Below are positions 56,146 to 64,000 of a stretch of DNA of 64,000 nt, piece by piece. The position numbers were made by a program, and so were the translations under genes. Below the pieces are notes generated by a model, which was not told where the DNA came from, did no database searches, and saw only the letters and a program-made list of their open reading frames with translations. This DNA comes from Lama guanicoe (lineage: Eukaryota): positions 3,876,071-3,940,070 of the forward strand of contig MU053810.1 in the NCBI GenBank assembly GCA_013239625.1. Direction: 5' to 3'. How positions within the stretch are numbered: the stretch's first letter is position 1; every line of letters starts with the position of its first letter.

Positions 56146-57533
56146 AACATCTACATCTAAAGACCACACAGTCACACCAACACCACCTATTCCAACCCAA
56201 CACCACAGTGTTTATTATGGCTTGTCTCCTTTCCAGAGTATAATACCTTCTCTGGCAGTAAGAAAACTGGTGCCCATGATGTTCGATGCACTGACATTTG
56301 CTCCATCCTCCCTGAAGTACCTAATATCCTGACCACACCGCACTCTGAGAGCTTGGTTCTGATGCAGGGAACGAGGAAGGGGAAGAGGCAGGAGTGTGTC
56401 TTTTGGTCTTTTCATTCACAATGGCAAGAAAATTTTGTTTTGGACTTTAATTCCTTTGGCCTTATAAGAATAATTAATATTTATATTAAAATTTTTCCTT
56501 TGACAGTTGAAAGTGAGAAGGAGTTAATATTTAAATCTGGGGCACAGATACTGGCTTTTTATTATAGAGTAATTTTATGATGTCATTTGACCTCATGGGC
56601 AAAATCTCTTGACAGACAGAATTGGTCAACACAGCTGGACATAATCTGGAGTAAGAAATTAACCAGGAAGTAAATTCTCAATATTGGAGACAATGTGATC
56701 TTGGAGTTTAATGTAAATGATGCACTCTTCTAACCCAGTGCTGAGTCTTCCGGGGCACCGGTGGTCTCAGGACCCCCAGAGGAGCATGGCTGTTATTGGT
56801 GAGGGCTGCATCACGAAGGCGGGAGCAGGGCTTTCCTCTCCAAGGCCGAGACACACACTGAGTTGATCACAGGCTAAATGGTTGAGCTCAATATGTTAAG
56901 TGAAGAAGAAGAACCCAGGGAACGTTGTTTCCTTCCATGTAGAGGGACATCCTCCAACAATTATCTGATTAAGACGTTGGAAGAAGGAACTTGGTCATAT
57001 CTTGGCCATCACCTCCCCCTTCCCTTTCTCTTTGGGGGAGCAGATGCTCTGCCCCAGTGGGAGCAGACCTCCCCAGCCCCGTGCTGCCTGTGATGGGAGT
57101 TAATCTACCAAACTGTGGGATTTAGCACTGAGTAGCCTGTCTTCTCAGTAAAACCAATCATCTCCATCTGCTGGCTCCCTGACTTCATTTTTTAACTGAT
57201 CCAGAACTTGGGTGGGAGAGATGGGTATTATTTATCAAGTTTCACAGACACTCCAATAATACTTATCTTTCAAGGTTGCAAATCTAGGTAGGTCATGAAA
57301 GCTGCTTAGAATTCTACAACAATTCTTTGATGTCTTTGAGATAAAATATCAATTCCTTGGTTTCCCTTCCTGGATCTCCTCTCACCACTTTCTCCAGCCC
57401 CGTCTTCCAGTCGTAACAAAGACCTGCCAGTTCCCTGGCTGTGCCTTGAAACTTAATGCCCCTCTGTTGTCAAATGGGCCACTTCCCTGTCTTTCTCCTA
57501 TTTTCCCTAAGCTCATCAAAATTCATCATCCTT

Positions 57534-58010
57534 TGTTGGGACCCAGTGTAAGCTGCCCCTCAATGGCATATTGATTACTTTGAATTAAAATTACTTAAGA
57601 AATGGTCAGTGCAAGAGGGGGTACTTCGACCCTCTTTTCTGTCTTCCTGAAAGCAGGAAATAAATCTCCCATAAGAAAGGTACCCTCCCTGCATCTGGAG
57701 GTAGGTGGATACACTAATCACCAGAGAGGAAATTCAACCTGAGAAACCCACACTCTGTTCACATTCTTTATTTACTGGGCACTCAAAACCTGTTTCTTTG
57801 TCCTGTTAATCCCTCAATGTATTGTTTCTTTGTCTAAAAATAAAAGCTTCCTGTGTTGGTTACTTCTTAGGTCTCACTTTTGTAAGACTTCCATGTGCAC
57901 AAATGAAAATTTGTTTCTTTTTCTCCTGTGAATCTGCCTTGTGTCAACAGTATTCTGAGTCCAGCCAGAAGTTGAGAGGGGTGGAGGGGGAAATTTCTCC
58001 CTCCCCCACA
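57534..58010 (+). mobile_element. Solo LTR (ERV1-class by TSD length)
   Basis: TG...CA termini, 477 bp, 4-bp TSD cctt at 57530-57533 and 58011-58014, internal AATAAA near 57839. Confidence 0.8.
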
Positions 58011-58569
58011 CCTTCAAGGCTTAGCTCAAGAATCACTTCCTCTTTAAAGTCTTTCTTAACTATCCTTCCAAATAACCAGGCAGCCATCAGGTGCACACCT
58101 CTACTACAAGCTGGAATTGCTACATTTCTTACCTTCCATGACCCTAGATTTGAGTGCAAGGACTGTTTTTACCTCTGCCACAAAATCAGATGATGGAAAA
58201 ATATCTGATCAAACGAACAGTTAAAGCACGCAACATCATGCATTGCCTTTGATTTATGTAGTGTTTACTAGGAACTCATGACCCACGTCCAGTACTGTGG
58301 TGTAGACCAAGTTTTCTTTGCATCTTTCCTGGTTATGTAATTTTTGAAAGATGCTAAATTAGTAAATCCTAAAAGTTCTCATCATAAGGAAAAAAATATT
58401 TTTTAGTAACTATATGAGGAGATGGATGTTAACTAAACATATAGTGGTAATTATTTTGCAATATGTGTAAGTCAAGTCATTACATGATATCCTTTAAACT
58501 TATATAGTGCTTACATTGATTCTATCTCAGTAAAACTGGAAAAAGTGCATCCTGAATACTTTAAATATT

Positions 58570-60269
58570 TTTTAAAAAATTTTTCATTGATTTATAATCA
58601 TTTTACAATGTTGTGTCAAATTCCAGTGTTGAGTACAATTTTTCAGTTATACATGAACATATATATTCATTGTCACATTTTCTGTCTCTGTGAGCTACCA
58701 TAAAATCTTGTATATATTTCCTTGTGCCTATATACAGTATAATTTTGTTTATCTATTCTACAATTTTAAAATCCCAGTCTATCTCTTCCCACCCCCCGCC
58801 CTCTTGGCAACTATAAGTTTGTATTCTATGTCTGTAGTCTATTTCTGTTTTGTATTTATGCTTTGTTTGTTTGTTTTTAGATTCCTCATATGAGCGATCT
58901 CATATGGTATTTTCTTTCTCTTTCTGGCTTACTTCACTTAGAATGACATTCTCCAGGAACATCCATGTTGCTGCAAATGGCATTATGTTGTCGGTTTTTA
59001 TGGCTGAGTAGTATTCCATTGTATAAATATACCACTTCTTCTTTATCCAGTCATCTGTTGATGGACATTTAGGCTGTTTCCATGTCTTGGCTATTGTAAA
59101 TAGTGCTGCTATGAACATTGGGGTGCAGGTGTCATCCTGAAGTAGGGTTCCTTCTGGATATAAGCCCAGGAGTGGGATTCCTGGGTCATATGGTAAGTCT
59201 ATTCCTAGTCTTTTGAGGAATCTCCATAGTGTTTTCCACAGTGGCTGCACCAAACTGCATTCCCACTAGCAGTGAAGGAGGGTTCCCTTTTCTCCACAGC
59301 CTCTCTAGCATTTGTCATTTGTGGATTTCTGAATGCTGGCCATTCTGACTGGTGTGAGGTGATACCTCATTGCAGTTTTGATTTGCATTTCTCTGATAAT
59401 TAGTGATATTGAGCATTTTTTCATGTAATTTGTATGTCTTTCTTGGAGAACTGTTTGTTTAGGTCTTCTGCCCATTTTTGGATTGGGTTGTTTATTTTTT
59501 TCTTATTAAGTTGTATGAGCTGCTTATATATTCTGGAGATCAAGCCTTTGTCGGTTTCATTTGCAAAAATTGTCGGTTTCATTTGCAAAAATTTTTTTTC
59601 CCAATCCGTAGGTTTTTTTGTCTTACTTATGGTTTCCTTTGCTGTGCAGAAGCTTGTAAGTTTCATTAGGTCCCATTTGTTTATTCTTGCTTTTATTTCT
59701 ATTGCTTGTGTAGACTGTCCTAGGAGATCATTTTTGAGATGTATGTCAGATGATGCTTTGCCTATATTTTCCTCTAGGAGGTTTATTGTATCTTGTCTTA
59801 TGTTTAAGTCTTTGATCCATTTTGAGTTGATTTTTGTGTATGGTGTGAGGGAGTGTTCTAGCTTCATTGTTTTACATGCTGCTGTCCAGTTTTCCCAACA
59901 CCATTTGCTGTCTTTATTCTATTGTATATTCTTGCCTCCTTTCTCGAAGATTAGTTGACCAGAAGTTTGTGGGTTCACTTCTGGGCTCTCTGTTCTGTTC
60001 CATTGGTCTATATGTCTGTTTCTGTACCAATACCATGCTGTCTTGATTACTGTAGCTTTCCAGTATTGTCTGAAGTCTGGGAGAGTTATTCCTCCAGCCT
60101 CTTTCTTTCTCTTCAGTAATGCTTTGGCAATTCTAGGTCTTTGATGGTTCCATATAAATTTTATTATGATTTGTTCCAGTTCTGTGAAATATGCCCTGGG
60201 TAATTTGATAGGGATTGCATTAAATCTGTAGATTGCCCTGGGCAGTGTGACCGTTTTAACAATATTGAA
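58570..60269 (-). mobile_element. Young 5'-truncated L1, 1.7 kb
   Basis: Well-preserved ORF2 peptides ([39 protein letters not shown]); 17-bp TSD tgaatactttaaatatt at 58553-58569 and 60270-60286; internal 22-bp tandem duplication near 59548-59592. Confidence 0.95.
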
Positions 60270-61235
60270 TGAATACTTTAAATATTATTAATAGCATTAT
60301 TTCTATTTCATGAAAAATAAATATAAAAAAATACACAGCCAACGGTCTGCTTCAGGAAGACTCCTCTCACTCCCAGGGCCTCAAACTAGAATAAGGACGG
60401 ATAACTTTTCTCATGCTCCTGGGATTTTGAAGTTCCTCAGAGTCACTAGGGAGACACTGCTCGTGGTTCTGGTTACGTATTTATCCTGCATGTTACGAGA
60501 GGACTAACCAACCAGAGGGCATTTTAAGAGCATGAGCAGGTTGCTGAGGAATCTGGAATCTTCTTCATATGAGGACAAATGGAGATGGTGGCCCAGCCAG
60601 AGGGGAGAAGGCACGAATAACAGGGTTTTCCCCAAATATCCGAGTGAGGATGTGCGGAAAAGGAGTTAGTTTCATTTCCTTTTCGTTCTGAATGCTGATT
60701 ATGGTCACACCAAAAAGGAAGGCACTCAGATAAACACTTAGGTATTAAGCTTTGCATTTTTCGTAATCCATTTGAGTTTAAAGCTAGTCCTTTAGGTCTT
60801 TCTATAGAAATGTTATAAGTATGCCACACATGAGGCACTCTGCACAGGGCCTGGGCTGCAGTAAGTCAGTCACTTAGTGACAACAGCTTTCATTGTCATT
60901 AATTACCTGCCTAGGGAGAAGGAGGATGTTTCCCCAAGCATTGTCACTCACTGTTCTATAACTGATGCCCCGTCACCAGTGTCACCTAAGACAAAAGAAG
61001 TGGAGCCCCAGTCTACATTAGATTCAAGGAGATCAGGTATGCACAGGACAGTGGAGGTACAGCTTATCCAGGGCTCTCTCTGCTCCTCTGTAACCTCTCC
61101 TCAGTGTAAACATCCCTCCATCCCCCTCTCCTCCTCCAAACTCCCCCAGTAGTCCATCACCTAAGGTCCTCTGTCCAGCCCAGTTTTACTGATGGAAGAA
61201 AGAATACCCACTAAGAAGGTAATGACTTCATTCAT

Positions 61236-61249
61236 TAGCCCCCTGCTGG
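61236..61249 (-). promoter_or_regulatory. Candidate CTCF motif
   Basis: Minus strand ccagcagggggcta; motif match only. Confidence 0.4.
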
Positions 61250-61490
61250 TAAAGGAGAGGGAGGTGATTTAAGGGAACGAAATGCTGATGGTTATATTTC
61301 CAGCACTCTCGGGCCAAGGCTTCTGAACAACGGGAAGCCTTCTTCCCTTACTGTGCCACCCTAAGAGATCTCGTCCACACATAGAACCCTGCAAGAACAC
61401 GTCAGCATACATTCTATAAATATCCCCATGGCCCACTGGGTAAAGTTCTAGGCTAGTCCCAAAGTATTCTATGTATAAGAAAATCCTCAA

Positions 61491-61760
61491 AAACAAATGT
61501 CATATGGTATCACTTATATGTGGAATCTTAAAAATGATACAAATGAACTTATTTACAGAACAGAAACAGACTCACAGACATAGAAAATAAACTTATGGTT
61601 GTCAAGGAGGAGGGGGGAGGGATAAATTGGGAGTTTGGGATTAGCGGATACAAACTATTATAAATAAAACAGAAAAAAACAACAAGGATTTACTGTATAG
61701 GACAGGCAACTATATTCAATGCCTTGGAGTACCCTATAATGAAAAAGAGTAAGAAAAAGA

Positions 61761-61824
<64 letters not shown>

Positions 61825-61911
61825 CTGTGCAGCTATGCTGTACACCAGAAACTAATACAACACCGTAAATCAATGATAGTTCAATTAAAAAAGAGAGAGA
61901 GAGAGAGAGAA
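61491..61911 (+). mobile_element. L1 3' end containing a (TG)n(TA)n microsatellite and an (AG)n tail
   Basis: catatggtatcacttatatgtggaatct motif; flanking repeat aaatcctcaa at 61481-61490 and 61916-61925. Confidence 0.85.
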
Positions 61912-62346
61912 AAGGAAATCCTCAACATCCAGTGTAGATGGAGAACAGAATAAAGCTGCGAAGTCTCCCTAAAATTCTCTTTTAAAAGATCTAGGAGACC
62001 ATTATCTAAAGAAGCTTTCAAGCACATGCAGCAAGGCACAGGAAGTGAGCATCTTCCGAACCTGAAAGCAAAATTAAACATGACATGAAAGAAGTCAATC
62101 ACACAAGAGCACATATTGTACAATCCCATTTATATAAAATGTTCAGAATAGGTAAATCTGTAGAGATAGTAGACTAGAGGTTGCAGGAGGTTTGGAACAG
62201 GAGACGGAAGGGAGAAGGGAGAAACAGAGTGACTACTGATGGGTACAAGCTTTCCTTCTGGGGGTGATGAAAATGTTTTAAAATTAGATTATGATGATGG
62301 TTGCACAACTCTGTAAATATAATAACAGCCACTGAACTGTACACTT

Positions 62347-62479
62347 TGTTTTTAAATTTTAATTACTTTTTTTTTGTTTGAGGGGGTTATCAGGTTGGTT
62401 TGTTTATTTATTTATTCTTAATGGCGATAACTGGGGGACTGAACCCAGGACTTCATGCATGCTAAGCACACACTCCCCG
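62347..62479 (-). mobile_element. 5'-truncated tRNA-derived SINE within an old L1 3' end
   Basis: Reverse complement of gcttagcatgcatgaagtcctgggttcagtcccc; flanked by the direct repeat tgtacactt. Confidence 0.8.
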
Positions 62480-63094
62480 TGTACACTTGAAATGAGTGAA
62501 TTTTATGCTATATAAATTATATCTCAATAAAGCTGCTGAAAAATCAATGGTTTCCATCTACATCAAAATAGACTCTTAAAATATGGCTAAAAACGATTTC
62601 ATTCTCTAAAGACATAAAATATAATATTTAGGAAAAACTTAGTTCCATGAAAAAGATACTCAATGTACGCAAATAAACTATGAAACTTTATTGAGATACA
62701 TGAAGACATAGGGAATCAAAAAAATATTCTTGGATAGGAAGATTGACAATTATAAAGGATACAAACTTCTTCCAAAACTCATGAATAAATTTCCAACCAG
62801 TTTCATTTGAATACAAATGCTAAGGGAGGCCTTTATGGAAAAGAAGTAGATATAATTATTTAAAAATTAATCTGGATGAATACAAAAGCAAAGACATTTT
62901 TGGGAAGAAGAACTAATGAAAAAAGACCCAAACATACCAGATATTAAAACGTATTATAATGGTAAAATATTAAATACCAAAGAAAGCAATGGATAGATAT
63001 AATACTGCATAGGTAATCTTAACATAGAGCCACAAAACAGCAGAAATAACCTTGAGATAAATGATTATTTATCTGATTACTGATGTATGATGAA

Positions 63095-63685
63095 TGTTAA
63101 GTTAGTTAAACATGGAGGCCATCAAACTGAGGTGGCTGTAATACCTTCACAGCCTACGTAAGCAAACCTGTGCCTGTAAATGCCTCAAGGTTAATAAATT
63201 AATACCTGAGGACAACCAGTCACAAACAGCCAACTAGCCTTTTCCACAGAAGGCAAACACTTAAGCTACAGCCAATCAAATAATTCCCTTCCTTTGCTTC
63301 CACCTTTCCTCTATAAGTTTTTCCCCTGACTCCCGTGTTGCAGCGCTCCTAAACAATTCTGTTCTATTGCTGCCTGACTTGAATCAATTTTTGCACAAAT
63401 AAATTCATTAAAAATACTCGTACCATTTATATATTCCCTCTCATTTTATTGAAATACAATAAACAGACAATATTATATTAGTTTCAGGTGTTCAACATAG
63501 TGGTTCAATATTTGTGTACATTACCAAATAATCACAGTAAGTCTAGTTACCATCTGTCACCATACAAACTTATTACAATATCATTGACTAGAGTCCCTAC
63601 TCCTTACATTACCTCCCCATGACTTATTTATTTTTGCTGAAATAAACTTAAAAATTTAATATGCCTCAGTTTATCATTTAATATG
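63095..63685 (+). mobile_element. ERV1-type LTR (MER34/39-like) interrupted by a minus-strand L1 3' fragment (~63425-63635)
   Basis: TG start, ccaatc, TATA-like ctataag and aataaa; the LTR tail resumes after the L1 piece. Confidence 0.6.
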
Positions 63686-64000
63686 ATGGAAACATCATAT
63701 ATCAACAGAAAAGGAAAAGTTCCTAAACAAAAGATATTGGGAAAATTGCTTATTAATTTGAAAGCTAGTGACAGTCTCCCAAACTTTTATTCCTCCAGTC
63801 TTTCTAAGGGTTTTATATGCTCCCAAATCCCTCTGTTCTGAGGGACCCAGAGTAGTGTGTTTTCTTATCTGAATCAGAGCTGATACATTTCCAAGACCAA
63901 AAAAAGAAAAGGTGGTGTAAGTTTTAGTAAAATACTTTCTTTTATCTGCAAATAAAGTACTATATCACACAAGAAATTGTTTTAATAGTTAAAAAGATTT

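Noticed and set aside
56245..56320. Possible upstream exon (MEQMSVHRTSWAPVFLLPEK)
   Set aside because: Purine-rich acceptor, mediocre donor, and no homology support.
63870..63900. ggaaatgtatcag (minus strand) as the upstream GMYQ exon end
   Set aside because: No GT donor follows and the frame does not match; upstream exons probably lie beyond the window.

Overview
Mammalian genomic DNA, most likely camelid, because the tRNA-derived SINEs resemble the camelid vic-1 family. The window lies inside one minus-strand coiled-coil gene that I recognise as the orthologue of human C10orf67, the neighbour of PTF1A. I reconstructed 12 GT-AG exons that splice into one open frame (QFFEIEEEK...SQLSLK); the first and last exons lie outside the window. 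The introns hold three essentially full-length, decayed processed pseudogenes: RNF130 (-), PXN/paxillin alpha (-) and SLC25A6/ANT3 (+). They also hold L1s, SINEs, solo LTRs and DNA-transposon relics. I found no new multi-gene system. The most notable unexplained structures are: (1) a recent ~2.1 kb tandem duplication with a microhomology junction that doubles a frame-preserving coding exon; (2) a perfect 71-bp direct repeat bracketing two exons; (3) a ~132-bp inverted repeat; (4) a retrocopy-derived CpG island that escaped decay; (5) several informative retrotransposition scars (templated insertion, internal priming, 3' transduction). Gene identifications come from recalled protein sequences, not from database searches.
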